Shown here: one piece after another, positions 11,773 to 26,279 of the stretch
Numbering within the stretch: position 1 is the stretch's first letter
How the letters are laid out: every line of letters begins with the position of its first letter
Assembly: GCA_964035545.1 (NCBI GenBank)
Contig: OZ037765.1
Coordinates: 26,845,504-26,909,503 of the forward strand
DNA length: 64,000 bases
Direction of reading: 5' to 3'
Origin: Bugula neritina
Lineage: Eukaryota; Animalia; Bryozoa
The notes under the pieces: generated by a model
Databases searched by the model: none
What the model was told of the DNA's origin: nothing
Seen by the model: the letters and a program-made list of their open reading frames with translations, nothing else
Translations under genes and position numbers: made by a program

Positions 11773-14700
11773 ATGGTGGTTATCAAGGAAGTGGGGCCAG
11801 AAAATGAAATGTTTTGGGGTCAGTGTTTGTATGCAAAAGTTTAATTATAGTAAAAATGATGAATATGATTGCAACTAGTTTTCTATTAGTAGGGTTTCTT
11901 GCTTTATTTTTATTTCACTTTCCAATTTGTTCCTTGACGTTTTTGTTAAGAGTTGGAATGTAGTTGATGTAGTATTCAAAAGCCATGGCTATAAGTTATG
12001 TCTGCAGCTTTTAGCGGAAGTTGTTCTAGCAACAACATGTATACATAAATTGAAGATAGAAGCATTTTGCCTACAGTATATTTCAGGGCTCGTATAAAAT
12101 CTTGTTCCTCTTGGACTAAACTTCCCTTGTATATTACTGCAACATCTTTGTGCAATAAAACACAAGTGCACTAGTCATATCGAGCTTGAAGTTAATGTCT
12201 CAAACTCCCTAAATTTGCCAAATATCTAAGTAACCTTAAAAACTGATTTTAGCATAAAATATAAACATTGCATTATAAACTTTGTTTCGAGTTAATGCCA
12301 TTTTTACACAATATATCAATAGCTTTCATACATATTGTTGATAGTTGAAACTTTTGTGATGCAGCTTCACGTATATATGCTGTTGCAATGTCAAAATAGC
12401 AATAGAATAAATAATGTATTTGCCTATTGTATAATAAATAATTTAGCATTTTCCATTTTTTAATGCTTAGGTGTGACACTAGAAAATGGAAAAACATACA
12501 CTCAAACTGCTCAAACGTCCTTCCATATTTCAATGGCAGCTATTGAACCTAAAGGTTAGTTGAATAAAATAACTTATTAGTAAAAAAATCTTCAATTAAT
12601 CAACTGATCATTAATAGAGTGTGGTGTTTATATTTGAAATTTAAATTGGGTGTACCAGTGTTGTTAGTGTTTTGGTTGTTTTAGCTGGCTCAAAAGATTT
12701 GACATCTGTGTATGTTCGACAAAATGACCAGGAGTATTTACTCTGCACTCTCCAGCAGGGGCAGCTTTACCAGCAAGCTCTGGATTTAGGGTTTATGGCT
12801 GGTGAATCCCTCACTCTATTCACAAGTGGTAAAAGTAAGTTGAATATTTTATACTATATTTACTCTCGGTATACATCTATTATGATATATAATTTGGTCA
12901 TACTAGATATTTCAGAATTGACTTGAATTGCTTCTGTAATTTTATTGAAGGCACTGTTCACATGACCGGCTACCGTGTACATGATGATTCAGAGGATTTT
13001 GAAGGTGTGGAAGACAGTGACATGATGGAATCTTCTTCTGAAGATGAAGGTAGTTTTTTTTTGTAACATAGTCCTTAGCAAAATTCAAGTGAAGTTATAA
13101 TAATGCTGATCTTTGTAAAAGTTAAAATGATTATAATCTACTATTCTCTTGAGTAATGTTCATCTGGGAAGTTAGATATCTCTCAAAGTGACCTGTGCTA
13201 ATAACATTTCAGACGTCTCGCCTCCATTAAAGAAACTCAAAACCACTTCTGGCACAAGTTTAAAGAGGGGTAAACAGAATGTAAAAGCTTTTGATGAGGT
13301 TGATTCCGGTGACTCCGACGAGGAGATGGATGATCTTGACGGACTCCTAGATTTGGTCAGTAAATGTGGAAGTTTGCTAAAATATTTATTAATAACATTT
13401 ACCATTATAATGTTAGCATTTTAGGTGACATTTTCATACTTGTTTTTGTTAATTAAAGCTCACTTTTTTCGAGTTCCAAGTGTTTGTTACACTGTAATAT
13501 TTGGTTTCAACAGCAAGCTGAGGAAAGTGATGAAGATGACGAAGATTATGGTCCCGTAGAATATGACTCTGGTGAGGAAGACGACTCCGAGGACGATGGC
13601 GAGGAGGACGATGGTGAGGAGGACGACTCTGAAGAAGAGGAATTGGATGAAAGTCTTATGGAGGCTGGTAAGCTATAGTATTTGTTGTGGTTATTGATGT
13701 ATTCTGTTTTAATAGTAATAACTACTCTGTAATCTTGAATCGTCTCATTGTTACATTAAATGCACTTTGTTTATAATGTAGCTCTGGACACAATAAAACA
13801 AAACCTTAAGGAGAGAGATCAATTACCTGTAAGTAAAACACATTACGTATTTGCCATCTTCTTAGACATCTTGCATAAGTTATTGTTGGTTAACATGTTC
13901 AAATAAACAATTATTATGATAGTTAACTTTTTGTTCAATCAGAAGCTATCTTGGTGACTTTCATATAGTACCTAATGTTTGTGTTGCCCAGCAATAAATG
14001 AGTGACTGGGTGACCTAATAAAAATGAATGAATCTGTTCTGGTATCAATAGAATTAGGAATTTTCCCAAGTAAAAGGTTGCTTGTTGGTGGCTAATCAGA
14101 ACTTTTGCTTAATTTAGTAATTTATAGGTCAAAGTGAATCTTTAAACTGGTTTTCGTGCCGATACCTTGAAAAGTTTGCCATTTAATTTATCTATTTGGT
14201 AGGATTCCAAGAAGACGCCCAACGGAAAAGCTACTTCTAAATCTACAGATAGTTCTCTAAAACAAGCCAAGACACCTCAACCTACTAGCAAAAAGCCTCA
14301 ACAACAAAGCAAAACACCTTCGCAACAAGGTAAAACACCCCAACAGAAGAGTAAAACTCCTCAACAGCAAGGCAAAACACCCCAACAGCAAGGCAAAACA
14401 CCCCAACAGCAAGGCAAAACACCTCAACAGCAAGGTAAAACACCCAAACAAGGAAAGGATGTCAAAGAACCCGTTAAAACCCCACAGCAGAAGCAGGACA
14501 GCAAAACTCCTTTAAAACGAAAATTACCAAATGGGCTAGTGATTGAAGAGCTCAAGGAAGGACATGGTCCTGAAGCCAGAAACAATAAAATGGTAGGTGG
14601 CCACGAGACGTGATAATATTTCTCAGTTTAATGAGGACGCTTTCTGTCAGTTCAGGAATGAAGGCGTATGCAAACAGCGTAAAAGAAAACATTACATATA

Positions 14701-15524
14701 ACTAGTCATGTCATTTTTCATGTTAACTTTTTGTACATCGCTAAAAATTGATTTGTTTTTAGGTGCATGTCTATTATACTGGAAAACTATCTAGCGGTAA
14801 AGTTTTTGACTCTAGCACAACTGGAAAGCCATTCAAGTTTAGGCTGGGAAAAAATGAAGTGATAAAGGGCTGGGAAGTAGGCCTGCAAGGTAATGTTTGC
14901 CAGTTATGTGATATTTTATTAATTGCACTAAAAAGGCACATGACACAAATAATTTATAAACTAGCTCGTGTGTACAAGTTTTAGTTAGTGATTTGCCTAT
15001 ATACTATTTGAACCTCTTTGTGGATTTTTTCTAGATTGTTTCTGTCCAGCTGATTATTCACCCTTTTAACTATAAAATATTATGGTAATGGTTGTTAAAA
15101 CTTGAGCCACTAAGTTCCATGCAGAATATTTTTGCTGGCCAATGTTTCTTGATCATGCAGATTATGCAGATTCTACATTCTTACTGATATCTACCAATAC
15201 TTACTTGTAGGAATGAAAGTTGGTGGCAAACGAAGATTAACTGTTCCACCAAATTTGGCGTAAGTTGATACTAATATCCACAAGTTTAAACTGATGAATT
15301 CATTCAAAATAATCATTATTGTATACAGCCTACAGTGGTGGTACAATAATCTGGATAGAATTCATATCCCTAATGAAAGCAATAGCTGTAGAGAATTGTG
15401 CACCTACACCCTAACATTTGCTTAAATCTTTTATGTCGATTTTAGATATGGGAATGATCGATCTTCAGGATTACCTCCAAACAGCACCCTACACTTTGAT
15501 ATAGAATTGAAGAGTACAAGCTAG
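11773..15524 (+). CDS. FKBP39: Nucleoplasmin-like-domain FKBP peptidyl-prolyl isomerase (FKBP39/FKBP46/Fpr3-4 type histone chaperone)
   Basis: Exons 11773-11818, 12471-12554, 12685-12834, 12951-13049, 13213-13355, 13514-13667, 13782-13828, 14203-14592, 14763-14889, 15211-15259, 15446-15524. NPL domain (MFWG...FHISMAA...LLCTL...QQALDL...TVHMTGY), acidic tracts, basic repeat region, and C-terminal FKBP domain ([47 protein letters not shown]). Confidence 0.92.
14269..14457 (+). repeat. Coding 21-bp tandem repeat, 9 units, encoding (KTPQQQG)-type heptads
   Basis: AAA ACA CCC/CCT CAA CAG CAA GGC/GGT units in frame within FKBP exon 8. Confidence 0.9.
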
Positions 15525-15537
15525 AAACTTATTTTTA

Positions 15538-15595
15538 CTAAGCTTATTATTAGCACAGCAGTGATACTAAGCTTATTATTAGCGCAGCAGTGATA
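15538..15595 (+). repeat. 29-bp direct tandem duplication in FKBP 3'UTR
   Basis: CTAAGCTTATTATTAGCACAGCAGTGATA followed by CTAAGCTTATTATTAGCGCAGCAGTGATA (1 mismatch). Confidence 0.85.
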
Positions 15596-15763
15596 AAACT
15601 TTTCCGCAACTCTTTCCAAAATCTCACTGTTGCATGTCTATATATGTTTCTAAATTTACAAAAAAAAATTCATATTTGCATTTCTTAGGATCAAGCCAGT
15701 AAGTCACTCGTCTATACTTTCTTTACACACAGCAGTTTTACTGGATCTTGGCTCTGCATTTTT

Positions 15764-17341
15764 CTATTCTGGTCCTCCTCGCTGTAACATTTGAAACAAA
15801 TATATGTTTATCAAAACAACCTTGTGCAATGCAAATTTTCAACTTAATATACATCAACACTTATTCCATAAAAAGTTGATTTACCTGTATAAATTCCATT
15901 TCACTCGTGTCGATCAATTTTCGACGAAATCTAGAGGATGGGAGGTCTGAAGCAGCAGAAACAGTTTCATGTTTTGGGGCCAATATTTCTGATGTAGATG
16001 GTTTAATGTCCTGTTCAGCCAATACACCTAAACCCATGAAGCAGTGTAAAATAAAGTCAGTATTATAACTGAATGATTTGCAATTCGTCTCCTGCAGGGG
16101 CAAAATTAAAAATAGAGAGCCTATATACCTTTGAGATGACGAAACTTGATTAGGGGAACTCTCAACTTTGCAACCTTCAAAGTAAATGACATTGTTTCGG
16201 ATAATCAATCTTTTAAGGTTGAAACATTCTAATTTGGCAGACTAATCGAAATTTCAATGTAAACTCATTTCTGAAGTTTACCTAATTGAATATTTACAGT
16301 GAACACTAGCAAAATATTATGGTAAAGTGAAGATGCATAAAGGTTATCATCAGCTACCAAAAATTGACTACTTCCCTTCCCTAGTGATTTAATTTTATGC
16401 ATCAACACTGTACTGGCCAATGGGTAATGTAGTGCTAGAATGCAGAGAGTAAAACTAAGTCGTTATCAATATCATGCAATCAGTAAATCATGAACAAATA
16501 CAATGCCATCACATACATATAATTACCATTTCTAATGGCAATACTTGATGTGATACTGATTAGTGATCATCAACATGATTACATTTAATTTACAATTATA
16601 TTTATTACTCAATCAAATTTATTCTTTTAAATAATTTCAACTTGTACTTGAAAATAAATAATATTGTGAAACTAAATGCAATAGTTATAGTGATAGTGGC
16701 AATAAAATTGTATACCTAAGGCTATTACTAACACTAACAGTAATTGTATAGTATTACTATAAGTAATACACTAAATCTAATATTAATATTTAAAAATTGA
16801 TGTAAATATTAATAATATAATATCACAAATAAATGTAACTAATAACTATAAGTAATAACTTGAACTGTACTTTATAGTTAATAATATCACACTAGAAATA
16901 ATATTGATAATAGAGCTAAACTTTAACTTGCATTAAATTCATTAATAATTTTTAAAAAATGATAGTGATACACTTGTAAGTTGTAGAGCTACTACTAGAT
17001 TTAGTCATTTACTTTTATTACTAGTAAGACAATAATAAACACAACTAGTTACTAAATGATAAAAATCTGAACGCAACACTTGTAAGTCGTAAGGGTAATG
17101 AGAAAATCTAATTATTTAATTTTATAATAATACGAAGTCAAATAGTAAAACTAAATGCAATAATTACAATCATAATCATAATGAATATGATAATGATGCT
17201 GATAGTGATAATATATTTATACACTGTCTAATACTAAATCTAATAGTCATATAAAAAGTAATAAAAATTTTAGTAGCTAATCATAATGCTATACTTTTAC
17301 TATAGACTTCAACTTACTTGAGCAATTGCTGAAGAACTCAT
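15764..17341 (-). CDS. MRPS36: MRPS36/KGD4, 2-oxoglutarate dehydrogenase complex adaptor subunit
   Basis: Exons 17341-17318, 16174-16129, 16027-15885, 15781-15764 splice to MSSSAIAQVAKLRVPLIKFRHLKGVLAEQDIKPSTSEILAPKHETVSAASDLPSSRFRRKLIDTSEMEFIQRGGPE*. The N-terminal PLIKF and C-terminal RRK...EMEFIQRGGPE motifs are characteristic. The ORF track only partly captures this gene. Confidence 0.9.
16660..17300. repeat. Degenerate periodic AT-rich tract in MRPS36 intron 1
   Basis: atagttatagtgatagtg, actaacactaacagtaat, agtattactataagtaat, gctgatagtgataat units; more degenerate than the other tracts. Confidence 0.6.
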
Positions 17342-18225
17342 CTTTATTTTATTTTTACACCATGAGGCTGAGCATTTATTATGTTAATTATTCAACAATT
17401 AGTTGTAGTGAAATACCTAGAGGCTAGTTTTACTGCCGGCTACTTATGGTCTATTACACACGTTGAGTTTTTCGTTATACTCTGCAATTATAAACTAACC
17501 AAGTGACTAACTTTGATTAGGATTTTAAATGCAGAAATCCAAACAACCTAGCTGCAATTTTAGTCCAACACAAATTACACTTGTTAACTACAATACAATT
17601 CCAAACCTATTGCAGGTAACTATTACTATTACTATTAGTATTACTAAATGTTGGTATCTGCTCTGGATGCAGACAGAACCGTATATCGGTATAAATCGCA
17701 GAGTTATCTCCCTGTGTGCCCTTTAACCTTTGCCTGCAAGAGTTAATGACTACTAAAACACTGCGCATAATAAATTATTCTATTTTAATAAAAGATCCGT
17801 AAATTTTATTTTTATCACTAAAATACATCAATTTCCATTTGAGTGGTTACGCTAATGACTATGAGAGCAGATAACTGTCATATGGTCAGAAACAATTTTA
17901 TTACAGGAGTTGTCTCTTCTATATTTAATGGGATAATGATCGCCATTGGATAAGGAGCAATATAATTATTATATTGTCTTGGGCTACCAACCAGTACCTA
18001 AATGCTTAAAATGCATGTGTTTTGCCTCATTTGTAGCATACCTCTTTATGTATGTAACTTGCCTAAAAAGGTGCTATAATTTCATAGTTTTTCTCATTAC
18101 TCAAAAGAAGGGTCATGGCGTTTGCAACCTATAAGTGAATATATCATTTGTGGTAGGTACAAAAAGACCCTGTTACATTATTTAAAATAGAACAAGTTTA
18201 TCTTACCAATATAAGCTTAACTTAG

Positions 18226-19210
<985 letters not shown>

Positions 19211-19923
19211 ATAATTCTAAGACAAAAAGGCATTTTAGGAAATCAACCATTTTATTATGGCCTCAGTTTTTCGGCAATTGTATATAATGGCAATCTGAAA
19301 AAAATATAACGGAATATAATAAAATGTGTGCAAGTTTGACATTAATTTGGCAGTCTAGAAACACAAAAGTACTCAAATGTTACACAAAATAATAATTTAC
19401 TACTTCAACTCAGCAAACTAGTCAAACATTAAAAGAATATCAGTTATTACATTGATTGACACAACTTCTGTTTTTTATTAGTTTCATTTTAACAAGTAAG
19501 CCTATGAATGAAAATGGACGGATCACATTAATTTTAAAATAAAATTATAAATAAAATAAATATATCACTTAATAAACAATTTGATAAAATTCTGCAGCAA
19601 GAGTTATTTAATTGCAAACGGTCAAAATTTCTATTATATAATAATAGCGCTATTTTTAATTTTATTCAGAATAATTTTATATATAATGATTCATAACATA
19701 AAACCAACTTCTCCACTTACATAACAATTGTGTAATACTAAAATACAGAGCCATGTATACAAATTGTGCAAAAAAGTAATTTTACGAGTTTAAGAATGAA
19801 ACAGCTATGGACTCACTTAAAAACATCAATTTATTTGATTGCAAATATGTTTCCTGGGTATCAGAAATCATTTGATCAACAGTTTATACCAAAATAATGA
19901 TAAACCATTAGAAAGTGCATTTA

Positions 19924-22900
19924 TCACCATTTATTTTGCCTAAGAGCAGCTAGTCCAGCAGAAGTGATGGTACCGTGGGCTTGCGTATACCCTCCCAACC
20001 CCACCTTTGCACCACCAGAGGCTGACATGTTTCTCGTATTTTCAAACTGCTTCTTACCAAACGCTGGTTTAGGTTTCTCTGGTTTAGCATTCTGTTTTCC
20101 TGGCATCTGAAAAAATTTTTGAGATGAAGTTATTAGCATTGTAAAAGAAGTAGGATGATGCATGCATATATATGTATACACACACACGTGCGCACACATA
20201 CACACTATTGAAATTTTACAGTTGAAATCTCTTGAAAAATGCCTTCACTTTTACTATTTTCAATTTTCACAAACAACAAATGGTTTGTTGCTATTTTCAA
20301 AACAAAGTTCACAAGAGTTTTATAACATTCATAAAATTATTCTTATAAATTTAAGAAACAGCAAATTAAATGATTCCTGCAAACTTTGCGGTGTTGCTGC
20401 ATTTTCCACATTAATTGAATGATTGTGAAAACTTTGCAAAACACCAAACTATGGTTTTATAATCATATTCAATAATCAACAGACAGCTAATAAAAGCACT
20501 TTTGCCATTTTAACTACCTCAATGTTTTGCCAGGCAGCAAACAGAACTTACAATTCGTTGTGATTGGATGCTAAGCCCAGTTCTATCATCTCGAGTTATT
20601 ATTGGATTGGCTGATTGCTTGAAGAAGGAAGAATTTTGGGGAGGCCTGTGTCTGGCAGCATTTACCGGGGCAGAGACTTGACGCTGAGAAGGTTTAGGTG
20701 TGTCAGCAGCAGCATCCTGTTGCATAACATATTATAAATAAATAGAGAAGTAAAACACAATCTTGCTAACACAATGCCACAAGACCCCTTCATCCAAGTC
20801 TACAATATTTAGCAGTGAAAAGTTCTTCAAAAGACGTAATCTATCCAAGTATAGTGATTGAAGCTTGTTTATGTATTACAAACTTTTTATATTGCTATAT
20901 TTTCAGGTTGATTATTAAAGAGTTGCAGCTAGCCAAATTTTATCAGTACGTGATTATGACTGGTAGCATCAGATATTATGTGCTGTTATTCCTATTCATT
21001 CATTTACTTTACTTGCAAAAGTAAACAATTTTAAAATTTGACAAGCGTCAACTAAATGGGTGAACACATTAGCAATATCAATGCTATGTGGGTTATAAAT
21101 AAACATTCTTACCGCTGCGCCAAAGCTATTTTTTCTGGTCAATAAATGAGACTTTGGCCTTGGGTTGCTTGCTTGCACAGTTCTCCCAAAGGCTGTAAAT
21201 AAAGAAAAAACACAGCTGCATCTCCAAATCAATATAAAAATACTACAAAACTAATTTCATATTTTCAGTTAAACTGAAATTTACAATTTAAAAAATCAAA
21301 CTTTTTTTAGATTCTTTCAAGTTGACTCCAAAAAGTTTGATGTAAACAACTATATGTAATAACACATAAAAAATATCATTAAAGCCAAATGTTATAGCCA
21401 CATTTTATAACCAGACACATGTTAATAGATCATCTCACCGACACTGAATGATTGCTGCTGTGGTTGTTGCTGGTAGTTATTGTACGCAGAAGCACCGTGA
21501 ACAGAGCTAGCCGCTGGTTGCTGATAGCCATATTTGGTAAACGCTGCTCCCTCTCCGTTCTGCTTGGGTGAGCTACCGACATCTCCTGAATCTTTTGTCA
21601 TAGGCTTCTGTGCTGTAGCTGTGCCATACAGGGTTGAGCGAGCGGGCTGCACAGTTTGGGGATGGTGTGCAGCTTGAGAGCTGTAGTCACCTTGACCTTG
21701 TTGTCTTGACTGCGGCTTCTCAAAATGAGGCGCTGCGTGTTCTGATGCCTGAATCTCGGCTTGATACACCGCAGCTGCTTCCATCCTCCGAAGTCGCCTA
21801 TCAGCCTTCTTTTGGAGAATCATCTAGAATATTAAAAGAGTAGACAACTTTCAATTAATAATTCTTGTGCAATTTTATATTAATGCAAATTACTACGTAA
21901 ATAGGTATATGTAACGTATACATCATAGCAAGATGCATTTACCAAAAGGAGGTGTAAAAATGTTGAGGAACAGAATTACGTAAGGTTAAATGATAATTTT
22001 CATTTATTATTATAGTTTGTTCTCTTAAATTTAGTAAAATAAAGTTTGACAGTGTAAGAGACATCATGTTGTTATGATCAGAATGTTGCAAGTTTTTTAA
22101 TAGTCCAAAAATGCAAGGTGGCATAGAACCTTTAAAGTTATAGTCACAGAATTGGAATATATATTATGTGTACGCAACTTGAATCTTCTTGCAAACATTT
22201 AAATATAGTCTTACAGTACTTTACTCATAAAATAGCTATGTAAATTACAAAATACAGCACACATTAAAGAGAGGAATAATAAAATATGCCATTGGCAAAA
22301 TTCTACCTCGTATAATTTACTTCTGTACTCTTCCACAGAGAGTTGTATATCATCACTAAGTGGGGGAACAACTTCTCGATTTGCAGTCAATACTTCATTT
22401 GGTTTATAGAATCTGAATATTATAGAAATATAAGAAAAATAATTTTAATATACAGTCTGCAGCAACATTTCACTGTAATATTGTTGCATTTTAGTACTAT
22501 ATGTGGATGAAGAACTTTTGTATATATAAATAAGACATAAAGAGTAAATAAACCACACTATTATATAACACAATATGTGAAAGATGGAAAAAGTGCAGTG
22601 ACTAACTCTCACTAGTTAACATTGTGCCTCACATGGATAACATATTATATTAGGAAAGAACGTAAAACATAAAAACAAACTACTCAGGACAATTATTTTA
22701 GGTCATGCAAAAATTATCATACAAAACTTTAAGAATATGAAGTCACACATAATATACACGGAGGATAATACATATAATGTAGTCTCTAAACTTGTTTGTA
22801 GAAATTTTACCTTGTGCTGTAAAAGATTTAATAACATTTTGTTAATGCAGAAAATAAACAATAAATCATCTGCAAATTATGCCATTGAAAATAATAATAT

Positions 22901-25900
22901 GTGATGGTTTTTGAAAAACCAACAAGTCTATAAATAGTAACACTAAAACAAGATGGCTGCCTACCGGGAAACATATGGATGCTTGAGTGCTTGCTCTGCT
23001 GTAATTCTTTTATCTGGGTTAAACTGGAGAAGTCGTTTCATCAGGTCCAGAGCATCAGCAGGCGCATCTGGCACCAAGTCATCTAGGTTCTTCCTTGGCC
23101 TTTAAAAGAATATTGTAACGATAATATGTCTGTCTTATAGGTCATTTAATAGTGTAAAAAAAATTGAAAGGAAAAAAATAAAATACCAATGATTTTGAAG
23201 TCAAATTCGTGCAACGAAACGGTGTGTGAATATAAATCATATGATAATATGTATATGCTTGTGATCAAACAAAATTAATAATATTTAGCAATGTGATGTA
23301 TAATTACGACTTGAAACATACTCTCTACAAGAATAACAATGATTAATGAAACATTTTTTGTTCATACAATAAAGGCGAACAACACTGTGCACATGTATAT
23401 AACAAAATGCATATGAAAATAATATTATCAAATCTTCTATGATTTACATTAATTGAGTATTGTCCACTTATTTTAATATGCAATTCTCATTAAAATAAAC
23501 TAAAAGGAATGCAGATGATAAATTTAACTTACTTGAGTGCTGCTTTCTCCAGAATAGAAGCACCATAAGATGATTTTATACTCTCGATGTCTACAAGACA
23601 GTCATACAAAGTTGTGAATGGATATAGAGAAAAACCACTTAGACACACATGGCACACATATAATAATAATAAAATATACACACTATATCACATGTATTTT
23701 AGTGTATAATGTTTTATTCCATAAACTTTTATAGTTTATGGAATAAAATATTATACACTAAAATACATGTGATATAGTGTGTATATTGTATATATATTAT
23801 TTCACCACATTATCACACCAAAATATGATGATACACAGAGTTAAAAATTTACATATATACAGTTTTACCTTGAAAACTACATAAAGAGTTAATAATACCT
23901 TAAAATTGTTATAGAGAGGAGAATATTCTTAACAACGACTTAAAAGATTAGAGCATATCACATAGCAAAGTCAATAGTTCTTTGAACTTAGAAGCACGTT
24001 CAGCATATCACATAGAACAGGCTGTAGTGAAGACACAGGTTTAGTGATGAAGTGATCACCTTCATGAGTCGGTGGTGGAATAGATGCCATAATCTTTTCT
24101 ATTTGGTTAAGAGTAGAGGTTCCAGGAAACAGTGGTTTCCCCAGCAACATTTCCCCCAGTATGCAGCCACAAGACCACATGTCAACACCAAATGTATATC
24201 TACAGTGAAACTCTATGCTATGCAACTATTTCAAATTGCCATCCAAAAACCAGATCTTAGAAATTAGTTGAATAGCTGCTCATGAAGTAAATTTTAATGC
24301 AATATATGTTGAGCGTAACATTACTGCTAAGTTTGTGAACCATAAGTTCAACACAAAGGAAACCCTGCACTGAATGAAAACTAACTGTAAATATTTGTAA
24401 AACATAAGAAATAAAACTTCAGCTGTAAATTAAATCAAATAAATGGAATTAATATAAACACCACTTCTAATTGTCTAATAAATTCTGTACAAGCCAACTG
24501 CCACCTCCCCCCAGTACCAAAATGTTCTACCAAAACCCACCTGTGAGATCCGAGCAATATTTCAGGAGCTCTGTACCATCTAGTAGCGACGTACTCTGTC
24601 AAGTTTGGATCTCCTTCATAGTCCTGAGCTATCTGAGTTAAGGAGCGGGCAAGTCCAAAGTCACATATTTTAGCAAAGCAGTCACCATCAAGCAGGATAT
24701 TAGATGGCTGTAAATAGTGTAAAACATATTTATCTATTGTTTTATGCAGCTTTGTCTCCATTTCATACAAAAAATTGGAATTTGCCTTTTTATCAGGTCT
24801 AAACTGACCACTGAGCACAACCGCATGTATTTCAGAAACCATCTATTCTGCTTGAAAATATTTGTCACATATAATAATGATACACAATTGGCTTAATAAG
24901 TATAAACATGATATTGTAGAACTAGTCTAAGAAAACTTCCATCTACTCGTATGTATAATTATTGCAACCAAATGCCACAGAACTCTGTTAGAACCACCAA
25001 CACACTGGTTTCGTTGTACCTTTTGGTCTCGGTGTATCACGTTGCCAGAATGCATGTAGTGCATCCCTTTGAACAGCTGGTACATAATATACCGCTTGTG
25101 AATGTCTTTCAGTATATTTCCTCGCTTCACCACATTGTGCAAGTCTGTATCTATAATAATAGTTTTCAATTTTTTAAATTTATGTGTGAATTGGGTATAG
25201 TACACCCAAAAATAAAAATATCATGTACTGAATCAAGTCGTGATTATACTGATTCAATAATATAGAACCATGGCTGGGTGTGGCAAACAGACGCACATAT
25301 TCCATTTCCTGCTAACTATTATATCAATTTCTCTGTCATAACAAATGTATAAGTATTTATATTACAATATAATTATTATCCGACTATGATAATACAATAA
25401 TCAATAAAGTGAAGTACACAGCTAAAAAATTAATGAAAAATATGAAAAAGGATTTAAAAATGGTTAGAAACAAATTCAAGTGAAACCCATTAAGCAATAA
25501 TAATTATAAAATTAACTCAGTATTTCTTTTACCTGCATGATAATTATAACCAAATATTATACATTACTCACCCATGAACTCAAAAACTAAATATATGTCT
25601 TTATCGTTTTCAGCTCGTATGACATTGTGTAGCTTGACAATGTTTGGATGGTCACCAAACTCTTGCAGGAACATAATTTCACGGAAAGTTCTCTGCAAGC
25701 AATCAAAATGCTGATAGTATCTTTATTTTAAGAAACTTGCAAAAAAACTCCTCTTGAAGTTAAAATGAGTTTCTAAATGTGCTTTTAAGACTAATTTAAA
25801 TAGTTTTCCACAAAATTATCTCCATCTAAAATTTGTACAGCATAGATAAACAAAACTTATAATACCTCAGAGTTTTAAATAATTTCATGACTAGGCTGCA

Positions 25901-26279
25901 ATAAAATACAACACAATTATTTTGAAAATAGACCCAATAGATTCATTAAACAACAGCCAAGCTCTTACTTGTGCATCAGTTGGATTCCGAAATGCGTCAA
26001 AGATCTTTTTCAGAGCAACAACTTCACCAGATCGTTTATCTACAGCCTTCCAGACTATTCCATAAGCCTGAAACATTCAAAGATATGATGAATCATTGTA
26101 ATTCATATTGATTGCTAAATGTGAATGCTACTAATACATACACTATTTTGATCTCAATTATTAAATACTTGGTAAAAATACTTATGTTACTATAATAATT
26201 ATTAAATATTCACCCCTTTTCCCAGACGCTTCTTGATCTCATACTTTTTAGTGACATGAGCTTCTACTTCAGAGCTCAT
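19924..26279 (-). CDS. MAPK15: Mitogen-activated protein kinase 15 (ERK7/ERK8)
   Basis: Exons 26279-26214, 26067-25969, 25692-25572, 25150-25020, 24707-24541, 24199-24060, 23590-23533, 23099-22965, 22412-22307, 21823-21439, 21192-21113, 20716-20552, 20106-19924. Motifs [60 protein letters not shown], and C-terminal [11 protein letters not shown]. Confidence 0.95.
23673..23787. repeat. Near-perfect hairpin/palindrome (55-bp arms, 5-nt loop) in MAPK15 intron
   Basis: Arm 23673-23727 is the reverse complement of 23733-23787 apart from one G/T position. Confidence 0.9.

Noticed and set aside
14257-14451. Minus-strand ORF with (LLGCFA)n repeats
   Set aside because: Antisense shadow of the FKBP KTPQQQG repeat exon.
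17641-17750. Exon-like segment upstream of MRPS36 containing GGGAGATAACTCTG
   Set aside because: MRPS36 is already complete from ATG 17341 and no frame gives a recognisable peptide; likely promoter or repeat sequence.
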